Origin: an uncultured bacterium
GTDB lineage: Bacteria; Actinomycetota; Acidimicrobiia; Spongiisociales; UBA5794
Length of the DNA: 64,000 nucleotides
Direction: 5' to 3'
Assembly (NCBI GenBank): GCA_963801165.1
Contig: CAWDDT010000005.1
Location: 256,001 to 320,000 of the forward strand
The stretch's first letter is position 1. The number at the start of each line of letters is the position of its first letter. Under the pieces are notes generated by a model. It was not told where the DNA came from. It saw nothing but the letters and a program-made list of their open reading frames with translations, and did no database searches. A program made the translations under genes and the position numbers. Positions 52,301 to 58,918 of this stretch are shown here, piece by piece.

Positions 52301-54583
52301 CGTGGTGGTCCCGGTACCCTCGATGAACAGGGTGGCCTGGTGGAAAATGCCGATGGTGAAGAAGGGGTTGGTGTCACAGACGTTGAGGGTCCAGGTCCCG
52401 GCTCCCGGCTGCCCGGCGAGCGACTCGAGTGCGGCAACGCCGACCGACCGCTCATAATCGGCAGGCGAGACGCTGTCCGCGCTGTTGTCGTCGAGTGGCC
52501 CTGTGGAATCCCCGTCGAAGAGCACGTCGTAGTTGTCGTCCCGGTCACCCGAGTTGCCCGAAGCCAGCACGACCTCGGTCCCGGCAGGCGAGGTCAGCGT
52601 CGCCCGGAGCTGGCCGCGGTCCGCATGGCTTGCGGTGAAGCCGAGATTGACATCCGAGATATCGGTCGCATCAGGTATGGAAAAGGTCACCCGGGTGGGC
52701 GCGCTGCAGTTCTGCGAGATGGTCAGATCCTGATCGACCAGCTGGCTCCACGACCCGGCCGTCGTGCCAACCGTCCATCCCGACACGAGCGTGGACTCGT
52801 CGACGTAGCTAGTCGCGGAAGGAAGCGGGTCGACTACAGAGATGTCGTCAATCGGGAACACGCCCGTGTTGTCCACGGTGACGGTGTAGGTGATGAGCTG
52901 GCCGGCGACTACAGGCCCGGTTGCGTCGGACGTCTTGGTGACCGTCACTTCCGGTTGGGCGACGGTGACGATCTCAGTCGCCGTGTCTGTGACCGTGGCA
53001 CCCGATGGCGCGGTACCGACGACAAATGCCGTGTTGGTGATGTGGCCGTTCTGCTCGTCTCCTGCGGTCACCGTGTAAGTGGCGGTGCACGTGAGGGTGT
53101 CGCCCGAGCTCAGCCCGGCGGGCATCGGCTCCGAACACGACAGGCTGCTCATACCGGGGAGCGGGTCAGTGATGGTGACGCCGGTGAGAGCGACGTTGCC
53201 GGTGTTGGTGGCGGCGAATTGGTATGTCAGGGTGTCACCGGTGGTCACCGTGGAAGAACCGTCCTCGTCGGCGTTGCCGATCAACGTCTTGCTGAGGTCG
53301 ATGTCGGCGAGCTCGGGCGGCACGCAGAACGAACCCGAGAGGTCGTAGAAGTTGATACCCGTGGAGTGACCCGTGTACGTCATCTGCCCCGTCGCCTGGT
53401 TCACCTGGTACAGGGCACCCGTGACAGTGGTTCCCCAGGTGTTGCCGTCGAGATCCGTTCCGAGCTGGACGTAATTTGGCGAGTTCTCGGTTGCGATATA
53501 CGTGAACACACCACTGTTGATGTTGTAGCTCCACCAATAGCCGGTGACCGCAGCGCTGTATCCGTCAACCACTGACCCGAACATGACAGGCTCCCCGTTG
53601 ACGGTGAGCACGGTGAGGTCGCCATAGTCGGGTCGCATGTCCCGGCCGAAAGCGGCTTCGAGGCCGTCCTCGGGTTGGTTGGGCGCCAACTGCTCCAGCG
53701 TGCCGGCCATGACCGCGGTTCCGTTGGTGGGATCGATGGCGATCCGGTAGATGCCGTTGGCGTCGCCGCCTATCTCGGTGGAGAAGTAGTAGTAGCCACC
53801 GTGATAGGTGGCCCCGGCAGACTCGAGGGTGCCGTTGATCTGGCCGGTGAGGTCGGCGAGTACACCTTCGGTGTCGTCGATGGGGTTCCACCAGTAGACA
53901 ACCGATCCGGATCCCCAGTAGACGAGACCGAGGTCGCTGTTGGATGCCAGGGCGTTCCGGTTCCCCGTGTTGAAGCTGGTCTGGAACTCGGCGGTGGCGA
54001 CACCGGTCCGGGTGTTGACGGAGTAGATGGTGTCGCCCGAGATGCCGATGATGTCGTTGGTGTCGCAGACGGCGGGAGGAACGGTGACGATGTTGACGGC
54101 GGCGCTGGCGCTGTTGTTGCCCGAATTGGGATCCGGCTGGTTGGAGGCGCTGATCCTTGCGGTGTTGGTTACGAAGGCGACGCTCGCCGCCTCGGCGGTG
54201 AGGTTCAGAGTATGGGTGGAACCGTTCGGCATGGACCCGACCGACCAGATGCCGGTAGCGCTGTCGTACGAACCCGTGGTCGCCGACGCAGACATGAAGG
54301 TGAACTCGGAAGGAAGAACGTCGCTCACGACGACGCCGGTTGTGTCACCGGGACCCGCGTTCGTAACAGTGACGGTGAACTCCACGGCGGTGCCGAGGAG
54401 GGCGGACCCGCTGTTGGCGACCTTGGTTATGGCGAGATCGGTAGCCCCGGGAGCAGCCGCGGCGGGCACCGCCCCGACCACCAATGACGTGATAGAAATG
54501 ACAAAAGCGGCAACTGCCGCCGCGCCCTTCTTGACACGAATCCCGAAGCGGGCATCACCGCTCGGGCTTGGGGAAGTACTCAT
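37400..54583 (-). CDS. Giant (5727 aa) sortase-anchored surface protein: DUF11-like Ig repeats, beta-propeller-like region, proprotein-convertase P-like domain, SdrD-B-like domains, Big_9/He_PIG-like domains
   Basis: Signal peptide; roughly 30 tandem ~106-aa repeats (I.KTPD.Q...TF.ITVTNTGDV.L..V.V.D...P.C...Y.C...FTNTA); IGD.VW.D.NGDG..D.GEPG domains; C-terminal LPFTG + TM helix + RKRR. Confidence 0.92.
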   Translation of the reverse strand: MSTSPSPSGDARFGIRVKKGAAAVAAFVISITSLVVGAVPAAAAPGATDLAITKVANSGSALLGTAVEFTVTVTNAGPGDTTGVVVSDVLPSEFTFMSASATTGSYDSATGIWSVGSMPNGSTHTLNLTAEAASVAFVTNTARISASNQPDPNSGNNSASAAVNIVTVPPAVCDTNDIIGISGDTIYSVNTRTGVATAEFQTSFNTGNRNALASNSDLGLVYWGSGSVVYWWNPIDDTEGVLADLTGQINGTLESAGATYHGGYYYFSTEIGGDANGIYRIAIDPTNGTAVMAGTLEQLAPNQPEDGLEAAFGRDMRPDYGDLTVLTVNGEPVMFGSVVDGYSAAVTGYWWSYNINSGVFTYIATENSPNYVQLGTDLDGNTWGTTVTGALYQVNQATGQMTYTGHSTGINFYDLSGSFCVPPELADIDLSKTLIGNADEDGSSTVTTGDTLTYQFAATNTGNVALTGVTITDPLPGMSSLSCSEPMPAGLSSGDTLTCTATYTVTAGDEQNGHITNTAFVVGTAPSGATVTDTATEIVTVAQPEVTVTKTSDATGPVVAGQLITYTVTVDNTGVFPIDDISVVDPLPSATSYVDESTLVSGWTVGTTAGSWSQLVDQDLTISQNCSAPTRVTFSIPDATDISDVNLGFTASHADRGQLRATLTSPAGTEVVLASGNSGDRDDNYDVLFDGDSTGPLDDNSADSVSPADYERSVGVAALESLAGQPGAGTWTLNVCDTNPFFTIGIFHQATLFIEGTGTTTSPLVEDNIPGGAESDLVNGVPPVLVDAADGFDLPVGESMTITYQVKVDDTFDGSVTDILNEATVFSDTLPATTGYVTDPIDFQPELQVVKDGPAGPVAVGETVTYTYTVTHTAASDGSPVDVVISDDVVDLSGATLSGDTDGDGLLDGSETWVYTIDYTVPLDTADPLVNVATVTGTDGNGDPITDATGSHSVDVDFRPALTVTKVGGPAPAGVGDTVTYTYTVAHALTSDMSPVAGVTVVDSRGLTLSGPTGDTNGDGLLDSDETWIYTATETVTAATPDPLTNDVTVDGTDSDGDPIPQATDTETVDVDWAPLLQVDKTGPATATIGETVTYTFAVSHAPGSDGSPVSVGAVSDDVAGGATYVSGDDGDGLLEAAETWVYQAGYTVAGTDADPLVNTVTVTGTDLDGDSVPAATDTHSTDIDHLPVLVINKTGPVSALVGDTVTYGFTVSHDSTSDGSPVANVTVTDDVAGAASYVSGDDGDGLLETGETWVFTADYTIQATDPDPLVNTATVTGDDTDGDPTSDTDTHSTDVIQRASIGDFVWNDLNGDGTPDPGEPGLDGVTVNLLDGTGAVVATTVTTGGGAYSFTYLPPGDYTVDVNEATLPFSNPVLTTGNEPYAVTLGEGEDNTDADFGYYQPVTVGDLVWDDLNGDGIQDTGEPGIVGATVNVYDAGDPATPVATDTTAGNGLWSVTLAPGNYVAEFVLPGAYEFSPADVGSDATDSDADPATGQTAPITVISGDADTTIDAGAYVPVTIGDFVWNDLDGDGVQDPGEPGISGVIVAVFDGVGTAIGSAVTAADGSYSIVVPPGAYDAVVDTASLPAGYVPTTPTTVATSPLQSGDTFATADFGAILPTYPISGTVWNDENADTVIDAVEPPLAGITVELRDDTGTVVATATTPVDGSYNFPPVPNGDYTVAVDETTVPAGMSSTTGNNPQAITVADAAVADVDFGYAYPGMVTIAKGPANQQVVGGGTAAFTITVTNQGPQDLTGVVVTDPGAPGCDNTIGALAAGASTTYTCTLVGVTADFTNTATVTADDEVGNTVTDSDSADVDVIGPAITIAKTPDNQMVLAGGDATFTITVTNSGDVALTDVSVTDALVPDCDATFAALAVGAVQTYTCSVAGVTTDFTNTATVAGDDPLGNPVSDSDTADVDAINPGLDIQKTPDTQTVVAGDDATFTITVTNTGDVPLTDVTISDVLAPDCGATFATLAAGATETYTCTVVGVTADFTNTAAVTGDDPLANPVADSDTADVDVINPAIAISKTPDTQQTLAGDTVTFDITVTNTGDVDLTDVAVTDAVAPGCDATIGSLASGASTSYSCTMTAGVDDFANTAAVTGDDPLANPVTDSDTADVDVINPAITISKTPDTQQALPGGTLTFGITVTNTGDVDLSNVAVTDLMSPTCNASLATLAAGASTTYNCSTDAGALDFTNIASVSGNDPLGNRVSDSDVADVDVINPAIDIQKTPDTQQAHAGDTVTFDITVTNTGDVDLTDVAVTDAVAPDCDATVGALDAGASSSYSCIMTAGAVDFTNNVTVTGDDPLGNPVTDSDTADVDVINPAIDIQKTPDVQQALVGDTVTFDVTVTNTGDVDLADVAVTDAVAPDCDAAIGTLAAGASTSYSCTVIAGADDFTNTATVTGDDPLGSPVTDSDTADVDVINPAIDIQKTPDVQQAHDGDTVTFDITVTNTGDVDLTNVTVSDAVAPDCDATIGSLAAGGSSSYSCIMTAGADDFTNNVTVTGDDPLGSPVTDSDTAVVDVINPGITIDKTPDLQTILAGDTATFTITVTNTGDVDLTDVTVTDALAPDCDAAFATLAVGAAEAYGCTVAGVIADFTNTADVTGDDPLGSPVTDGDTADVDVIGPAITIQKTPDLQQVVAGGDATFTITVTNTGDVDLTDVTVTDALAPDCDATFATLAVGAIETYGCTVAGVTADFTNTADVTGDDPLGNAVTDTDTADVDVINPAITVAKTPDTQQAHDGDTVTFDITVTNTGDVNLTDVAVTDVLAPDCDATFVTLVVGAGATYSCTMTAGASDFTNTAVVTGDDPLGNPVTDSDTADVDIINPAIAIQKTPGTQQALSGDTVTFDITVTNTGDVDLTDVTVADVVAPDCDTTVGALAAGASTTYSCTMTAGSTDFTNTASVTGDDPLGNPVTDSDSAGVDVINPAITVVKTPNLQQALAGATVPFDITVTNAGDVDLDGVAVTDAVAPNCDATIGPLAAGASTTYSCTMTAGAVDFTNTAVVTGDDPLGNPVSDTDTADVDIINPAIDIQKAPDTQQALAGDTVTFDITVANTGDVDLTDVAVTDVLAPDCDANVGSLAAGSSTSYSCTMTAGSTDFTNTASVAGDDPLGNAVTDSDTADVDVIGPAITIDKTPDLQTILGGDDATFTITVANTGDVPLDNVTVTDALAPDCDATIGTLGAGVSTDYSCTLAGVTADFTNTASVTGDDPLGNPVADSDTAAVDVIGPAITIDKTPDLQTVAAGGTVTFDITVTNTGDVSLSNVAVTDALASGCDTTIGTLAAGASTTYSCTMTAGTNDFTNTATVTADDPLGNPVTDSDIADVTVVNPAITIDKTPDSQQIVAGETATFDITVTNTGDVDITDVTVSDPLAPNCNGSFASLATGASETYSCTMTTGGTDFTNTATVTGNDPLANPVTDSDTAAVDVIDPGIDIQKTPDLQQAVAGSTVTFDITVTNNGDVDLANVAVSDALASDCDNVIGALAAGASTSYSCTMTAGSDDFTNTALVTGDDPLGAPVNDGDTADVDVVSPTIDIAKNPPSQTILGGTTATFGITVTNIGDVSLDNVVVTDAQAPNCDATYPSLAAGESVTYSCTLDNVTADLTNVAVVVAEHPATPTPVTDSDVADVEVIAPEISITKTPVTQTVLTGSDVTFTIAVTNSGDAQLSNVVVTDVLAPACDATFAALPIGATETYDCTVPAVTADFTNVADVTADDPSGGSVTDSDSAAVDVIDPAITVAKTPDTQTVLAGDDATFTITVTNTGDVDLTDVAVTDAQAPGCDGTIGNLAAGETASYGCTVVGVTTGFTNVADVTATDPLGNPVGDSDDAVVIVSAPAIEIVKTADTPVIVIGVDATFTITVTNVGTDPLTDVSVTDALAPGCDAAIGDLASGEATTYSCTMPALTADVTNTASVVGTHPLGGTVTDEDTADVNVIAPAITLTKTADNTPVLAGQNATFTITVTNSGDVDLTGVQVTDPAAPDCDATIGDFAVGANTSYTCTVPAVTADFTNTASVVGDDSLGNTVSDSDDAAVDVVNPAITIDKTPDSQFVTSGSDATFTITVTNTGDVDLTDVAVTDALVPACDATVGDLAAGASTSYSCVATGVGADFTNTASVVGTHPAGGTVTDEDTADVVVINPAISLAKDPALQQLLAGEDASFTITVSNTGDSPLTDVTISDPRAPGCDAVIPNLGIGASQTVNCTVADVTADFTNTASVVATHPAGGTVTASDSADVVVLVPQIDIQKTPDTQLAAPGSDVTFTITVTNAGVVPLIDVAVTDALAPACDTTIAALAVGESTSYDCTVNVVTDDFTNVAAVTATDTVGNPATDSDSADVDVVNPAVSIAKTPDLQSVGLNGTPTFTIGVTNTGDIDLSNVVVTDALAPACDATFASLAVGATETYACDGTATAADFTNTASVTADSAVGPVSDSDTADVTVLLPGIDIQKTPDTQLVGPGGTATFTITVTNAGATPLNNITVSDPLAPACDATIAALAIGESTSYDCDVTGVAADFTNTASVTADDPLGNPVADSDTADVDFVDPAITVSKTPNLQTLLAGEDASFTVTVTNTGDTDLTNIVVSDPLAPGCDATFASLTIGAGETVTCTVTGVPASFTNVATATADTPIGTQVSDSDDAAVEIVTPGVEIQKTPDTQQIHSGEDVTFTITVTNTGDQELVDLTVTDALTPACDNTIAALAVGESTSYDCTAAGVIADFTNIASVAGSDVLGNPVSDSDDAAVDVIAPGLAIEKTPGNQAIVVNGTATFTITVSNTGDVDLTGVTVSDPLAPDCDTTVGDLAVGATTTVTCSLAGVTADFTNTATATGTDPIGATVTGSDTADVTVVVPGIEIQKTPDLQQARTGDTVDFTITVTNTGGVALSNVTVTDATAPACDNVVGDLAVSDTTSYTCSMTAGAADFTNTADVTGDDPIGNPVTDSDSAYVDVIAPAISIQKSPDGQTVVAGDAATFTIEVANTGDVDLTGVTVTDALVPACDGTIGDLAAGASTSYTCTVSDVTAGFTNTADVSGTDPIGLEVTDSDTADVTVLVPGIDIQKTPDIQTVVEGDDATFTIIVTNTGQTDLTKVAVTDPLVPACDNAIGDLPVGSPPVSYTCVVTATDDFTNTATVTATDPLGNALSDEDNADVVALARGNLSGTIAHDVAGDGVIDPSDIGLDGIPMAATWAGLDGVFGTADDEVLNTTTDGNGNYGFDLVPPGLYEITVDTGALPAGVDFPTVDPDGTLDSATTLTLPPGSTGDTIDFAYTATGSIGDQVFLDLDGNGVQDPGEPGIGGVDVTVTWFGPDGVIGGGDDLVFTTTTTSDGRYEVDGLPAGDFSVVIGNVPAGLTGATSQMVTLVAAEARDDADFPLAGSGSIGDQVFEDVDRNGVFGAGEPGVAGVTVNVTWAGGDGVIGTADDIVFTTVTDPDGRYLVDGLPAGGYRVEMDDATIPADLGTAPPVTLTLGAGETDLDVDFPLVGNRPPVAVDDSAVTDQDTPVVISVLSNDSDPDGHAFAVDSTTPPLNGTVVVNPDGTITYTPNSGFVGTDTFTYTICEVGGPVGGVPATGLCDTATVTVTVNKVNQPPGPEASFQSVVVGDPLSPIPVSDPDGGPVTVTYVSGELPPGITLNPDGTFSGVTEEIGTYQIVVQVCDDDVPQICILHTHTIAVTPVTLPGPEDPPGGDEPPPDTLPFTGGNFGDLFIAALMMLSAGAGMVLYSRKRREM

Positions 54584-54853
54584 TTTGGGTTCCAGCTTCT
54601 CGTCATCCTTGACCCGCCTCGGTTCCGGCCTCGACAGATCCGAGCCTCGTATCGGCCCGCACTGTTCATGTATTTCGGCTAAATGTGAAGTAACTGGAGA
54701 CGGTTTTTTGTCGGTGCATGGTTAACTAGTCACCAGCCTTTCCCGGGTCGAATCGACACCTACCAGATCCTAGGACCCTCAACCTCGGCTTCATGGTTTA
54801 GACAGTGGGCAACCCCATCGGATAGCGTGAGATCAAGCAGCCTGGAGAGTGCA

Positions 54854-55756
54854 ATGACGACCGACTGGAAGTTCAACGGGACATGGCCCTATCAGCCGAG
54901 GTGGTTCAACGGTGACGGGGGCCGCATGCATTACGTCGACGAGGGGCCTGCGGACGGCAAACCCGTCGTGATGTTGCACGGCAACCCAACGTGGAGCTAT
55001 CTCTACCGAAACTTCATCGGCCCGGTCACGGCGGCCGGCTACCGGGCGATCGCTGTGGACCATCTCGGTTTTGGCCGTTCGGACAAACCGGATCAGCCGG
55101 AGCTGTACACCATCCGCCGTCACGCCGAGCGTCTCGATGCGCTCCTGGAGTCACTCGACCTCAGCGATGCAACTGTCGTCTGCCAGGACTGGGGCGGACC
55201 GATCGGTCTCTACTGGGCGACGAGGCACCCGGAGCGGGTCCGGTCGCTGTTCATCCTCAACACGTTCGCTCATCGGCCCCCCGGCCCGGTCAGGCTGCCG
55301 CTGCCGCTGCGTCTCATGCGGATGCGGGGAGTGGGCGAGATCATCGTCAAGGGTCTCAACGGCTTTGTCCGGGGAGCGGTGTTTCGCGCCGGTGTAGTCC
55401 ACCGCGACCGGTTCACTCCTGACATGAAGCGGGCGTACCTCTCCCCCCACCCGACCTGGTCCAGCCGCACCCCCGTCCTGGTGTTCCCCAGGGAGATTCC
55501 CGACGGGCCCCGGGGCGACGTGGCCGATCTGAACGCCGACATCGAGCAGGGTCTGGAGAGTCACTTCCGGGACAAGCCGGTCAAGATCATGTGGGCGATG
55601 AAAGACATCGCCTTCACCCCCGCCATGGTCGATCAGCTGTGGCTGCGCACCTTCCCGGACGCCGAGGTCATCCGTCTCAACGACGCCGGCCACTATCTCC
55701 AGGAGGACGCCTACGAGTTGATCGTTCCCGAGCTGGTCGAGTTCCTGAGCCGCTGA
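54854..55756 (+). CDS. Haloalkane dehalogenase/OleB-like alpha/beta hydrolase
   Basis: MHYVDEG, HGNPTWSYLYR, GFGRSDKP, QDWGG, AGHYLQED. Confidence 0.88.
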   Translation: MTTDWKFNGTWPYQPRWFNGDGGRMHYVDEGPADGKPVVMLHGNPTWSYLYRNFIGPVTAAGYRAIAVDHLGFGRSDKPDQPELYTIRRHAERLDALLESLDLSDATVVCQDWGGPIGLYWATRHPERVRSLFILNTFAHRPPGPVRLPLPLRLMRMRGVGEIIVKGLNGFVRGAVFRAGVVHRDRFTPDMKRAYLSPHPTWSSRTPVLVFPREIPDGPRGDVADLNADIEQGLESHFRDKPVKIMWAMKDIAFTPAMVDQLWLRTFPDAEVIRLNDAGHYLQEDAYELIVPELVEFLSR

Positions 55757-55845
55757 AGGTGTCTGGCCGCAATTGCGCCACCCGAGAAACCTGCACTTGC
55801 TGACTGCACTAATGTGGCGCTCTCGCTACCTCTGAGGGGACGAAG

Positions 55846-57768
55846 ATGCGAATAGCGCGCCTGGCAATCGCTCAGATACTGGTGATCGGGATTCTCGTTG
55901 GATCTGCACCAGCCGCGTCTGCAGGAATTGCAGCTGATGTGACCTGGACAATGGTTGATCTACACGCTGAGCAGGTCCTCTATGACCAGAGCAGCGGCAC
56001 CGTCGTCGCTGCCGTGCGTCCGAGCGATCCCGACCACGCAAACGAAGTACTCGCTTTCGACCCCGTGACGCTGAGTGTGCTGTGGTCCGTTCCCTTTCCC
56101 TCCCAGCCGGACTTGATCGCCATCTCGGATGATGGATCGAGCGTCTACGTCGGACTCGGCGATAGCAATAGCATCGCCCGGATCGGGACGGCATCGCATT
56201 CGGTTGTGGACACCATTCAGTTACCCGACGATCCACGCTGGGGTCCGGTCGAGGCCGAAGACATCGCGGTGGCCCCCGGGAACCCAGATCTGATCGCCGT
56301 CGCATTGGAGCGAGGGGGTATCACCAGCGCGGGCATCACAGTTTTCGATGATGGCGTCGCCCTACCCGATGTCGCGCACGCGTCTCCGTACCCAGACTCA
56401 ATTGCCTTTGGTGCGAACGCCGGAGTCCTATATGGGCTCAATACCAAAACATCGGGATTCGACTTCGTCCGAATGACAGTCTCTTCGAGCGGCGTGACCG
56501 TGGATGACTTCACACGCTCATTCGTGATTGGCTCCCACAACTCGATGGTTTACGCCGACGGAAGGCTCTACTTCGAGAACGCTTGGGTCGCGGATCCGTC
56601 AATCCCGGAGCTAGTGGACCGGTACACGACCGAGGAAACGGTCAACGTGTTGGTGCCGGTCCCATCCCTCGATCTGGCAATGGGGATATCGAGCACCACG
56701 GTCCCAACCATCGACACTCTCACGCTGTTCGACCTGGACGGGTTCAATGTCGTCGATGAGCTCAACTTCACCCACGGACAGGTCTACGGCGTGCACAACG
56801 CCACGACTATCGAAGGCCACGGCATCGTCGCCGCATATTCCGAGAAGGTTCTAATCGCTGGCTTCTTTCCCGGGGGCGACATCACGGGTCGAGTCACGGA
56901 CGCCTCCTCGGACGAACCGATCTCTGAGGTCTGCGTCTATGCGACCGATGACGAGACTTACATCGTGAGCCAGACCGAGACGCTCGACGACGGCAGCTAC
57001 AGCATGCGCGTTCCCCCCGGCACCTGGCGAATTGCGTTCGGCGATTGCCACTACGCCGACTACTTCTGGGAATGGCACAACAACCAGGTCTTCTACAACT
57101 TCGCCAAGGCGACACCGGTCACCGTGAACGACGGTGACACCGTGACGGTTAACGGCGCGCTCGAAAGAACATACACCGACTCGCTCGACAGCGTCTTCCG
57201 GGAGCAGATCTGGTGGATGCATGACACCGGCATCACTTCGGGCTGTGCACCCGAGGCATACTGCCCGGACGGGACCGTGACCCGGGGTCAGATGGCGGCG
57301 TTCCTGGTCCGTGCCCTCGGGCTGACCGCAACCTCCAGCATCGACTTCACCGACGACGACGGCAACATCTTCGAGCAGAACATCAACAAGCTCGCCACCG
57401 CAGACATCACCAAAGGCTGCAACCCACCAACCAACGACAAGTTCTGCCCCAACGACCCTGTCACCCGCGGACAGATGGCAGCGTTTCTGGTCCGGGCGCT
57501 CGGCTTGACCGCAACATCCGATGTCGACTTCGTCGACGACAACGGCAGCGTGTTCGAGGAGAACATCAACAAGCTCGCCACCGCCGGCATCACCAAAGGG
57601 TGCAACCCACCGACCAACGACAAGTTCTGCCCCAACGACCCTGTCACCCGCGGGCAAATGGCGGCGTTCCTATTCCGGGCGCTCGAGAGCGACTTTGCGC
57701 TATCGGCACCCGGCCGTTCGCTACGGGTCGAGGTACCGGCACCCGATCTGGATGCCCCCCTGCGCTGA
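55846..57768 (+). CDS. Secreted beta-propeller + carboxypeptidase-regulatory-like + SLH-like repeat protein
   Basis: Signal peptide; YncE-like blades; ITGRVTD..S..PI; three SLH-like repeats, the last two nearly identical at DNA level. Confidence 0.8.
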   Translation: MRIARLAIAQILVIGILVGSAPAASAGIAADVTWTMVDLHAEQVLYDQSSGTVVAAVRPSDPDHANEVLAFDPVTLSVLWSVPFPSQPDLIAISDDGSSVYVGLGDSNSIARIGTASHSVVDTIQLPDDPRWGPVEAEDIAVAPGNPDLIAVALERGGITSAGITVFDDGVALPDVAHASPYPDSIAFGANAGVLYGLNTKTSGFDFVRMTVSSSGVTVDDFTRSFVIGSHNSMVYADGRLYFENAWVADPSIPELVDRYTTEETVNVLVPVPSLDLAMGISSTTVPTIDTLTLFDLDGFNVVDELNFTHGQVYGVHNATTIEGHGIVAAYSEKVLIAGFFPGGDITGRVTDASSDEPISEVCVYATDDETYIVSQTETLDDGSYSMRVPPGTWRIAFGDCHYADYFWEWHNNQVFYNFAKATPVTVNDGDTVTVNGALERTYTDSLDSVFREQIWWMHDTGITSGCAPEAYCPDGTVTRGQMAAFLVRALGLTATSSIDFTDDDGNIFEQNINKLATADITKGCNPPTNDKFCPNDPVTRGQMAAFLVRALGLTATSDVDFVDDNGSVFEENINKLATAGITKGCNPPTNDKFCPNDPVTRGQMAAFLFRALESDFALSAPGRSLRVEVPAPDLDAPLR

Positions 57769-57837
57769 CAGACCGAGGGTTCTCCACGACCCGCACTTCA
57801 TCTCCCGGACGACGCCGTCCAGACACCGGTGGGGTGG

Positions 57838-57843
57838 TATCTT
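57838..57843 (+). promoter_or_regulatory. Extended -10 element (TGg-TATCTT) of a leaderless transcript
   Basis: TANNNT hexamer 7 nt upstream of ATG 57851. Confidence 0.55.
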
Positions 57844-57850
57844 CGCGTTG

Positions 57851-57916
57851 ATGAAGTCCGTGCAGTCGTTCGCCTGTTGCTGTTCGAATGGCTCACGCGT
57901 GGGCGAAATCTGCTAG
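57851..57916 (+). CDS. Cysteine-rich leader peptide MKSVQSFACCCSNGSRVGEIC
   Basis: 21-codon sORF with TGT-TGC-TGT plus a fourth Cys codon, directly upstream of cysK-cysE. Confidence 0.75.
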   Translation: MKSVQSFACCCSNGSRVGEIC

Positions 57917-57944
57917 CCACAAAACCCACAACGATTACGCAACC

Positions 57945-57972
57945 GGCCCGCACCAGCGGGCCATTTTCATTT
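57945..57972 (+). terminator. Putative attenuator hairpin before cysK
   Basis: GGCCCGC-ACCA-GCGGGCC followed by ATTTTCATTT. Confidence 0.7.
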
Positions 57973-57982
57973 GGAGGATCTC

Positions 57983-58918
57983 ATGGCACGTATCTACTCA
58001 GACATCACCGAAACCATCGGCAACACTCCCCTCGTTGCGCTCCGAAACATGCAGCCGGTCGGTGCCGCACGCATCGCCGTGAAGCTCGAGTCGTTCAACC
58101 CGCTGTCGAGTGTCAAGGACCGCATCGGCGTGAACATGATCAATGAGGCCGAGAAGGACGGGCGCATCACCCCGGGGGAGACCACGCTTGTGGAGCCCAC
58201 CTCCGGCAACACCGGGATCGGTCTCGCATTCGCCGCGGCCGCCAAGGGATACAAGCTCGTCCTCACCATGCCCGACACGATGAGCATCGAACGCCGCCGT
58301 CTCCTCGCCTTCCTCGGCGCCGAGCTCGTACTCACCGCGGGGACCGGAGGAATGAAGGGAGCAATCGACAAGGCAGAGGAATTGCGCGGGGAGATCCCCG
58401 GTGCGGTGGTCCTCCAGCAGTTCGCCAACCCGGCCAACCCCGACATCCACCGGCGTACAACGGCTGAGGAGATTTGGGCCGACACCGACGGCGAGGTCGA
58501 CATCGTCGTCGCCGGGGTGGGAACCGGCGGCACCGTAACCGGCGTGGGCGAGGTGCTGAAAGCTCGCAAGCCGTCAGTCCAAATCGTGGCAGTCGAACCG
58601 GATGACTCACCGGTGCTCTCAGGGGGCGCTCCCGGGCCGCACAAGATCCAGGGAATCGGCGCAGGGTTCGTGCCGGAGGTGCTCAACACCGCGGTGATCG
58701 ACGAGGTCGTACGGGTCTCCAACGACGACGCCATCGAGACATCCCGTGCACTCGCCCGTGGCGAGGGAATCCTGGCCGGGATCTCGGGCGGTGCCGCGTT
58801 GTGGGCGGCGCTCGAGGTGGCGGGACGACCCGGGAATGCCGACAAGCTGATCGTGGTCGTGCTCCCGGATGCCGCCGAGCGCTATCTGTCGACCGCCCTG
58901 TTCGAAGGCATCGCGTGA
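57983..58918 (+). CDS. cysK: Cysteine synthase A
   Basis: [61 protein letters not shown]. Confidence 0.96.
   Translation: MARIYSDITETIGNTPLVALRNMQPVGAARIAVKLESFNPLSSVKDRIGVNMINEAEKDGRITPGETTLVEPTSGNTGIGLAFAAAAKGYKLVLTMPDTMSIERRRLLAFLGAELVLTAGTGGMKGAIDKAEELRGEIPGAVVLQQFANPANPDIHRRTTAEEIWADTDGEVDIVVAGVGTGGTVTGVGEVLKARKPSVQIVAVEPDDSPVLSGGAPGPHKIQGIGAGFVPEVLNTAVIDEVVRVSNDDAIETSRALARGEGILAGISGGAALWAALEVAGRPGNADKLIVVVLPDAAERYLSTALFEGIA

Noticed and set aside
38039-54487. Long plus-strand ORFs (e.g. 44537-49636, 1699 aa; 50942-53575; 41900-43813) opposite the giant gene
   Set aside because: Antisense shadows: the GC-biased Thr/Asp/Val codons of the repeat gene rarely give stops on the other strand, and the translations are low-complexity mirror repeats
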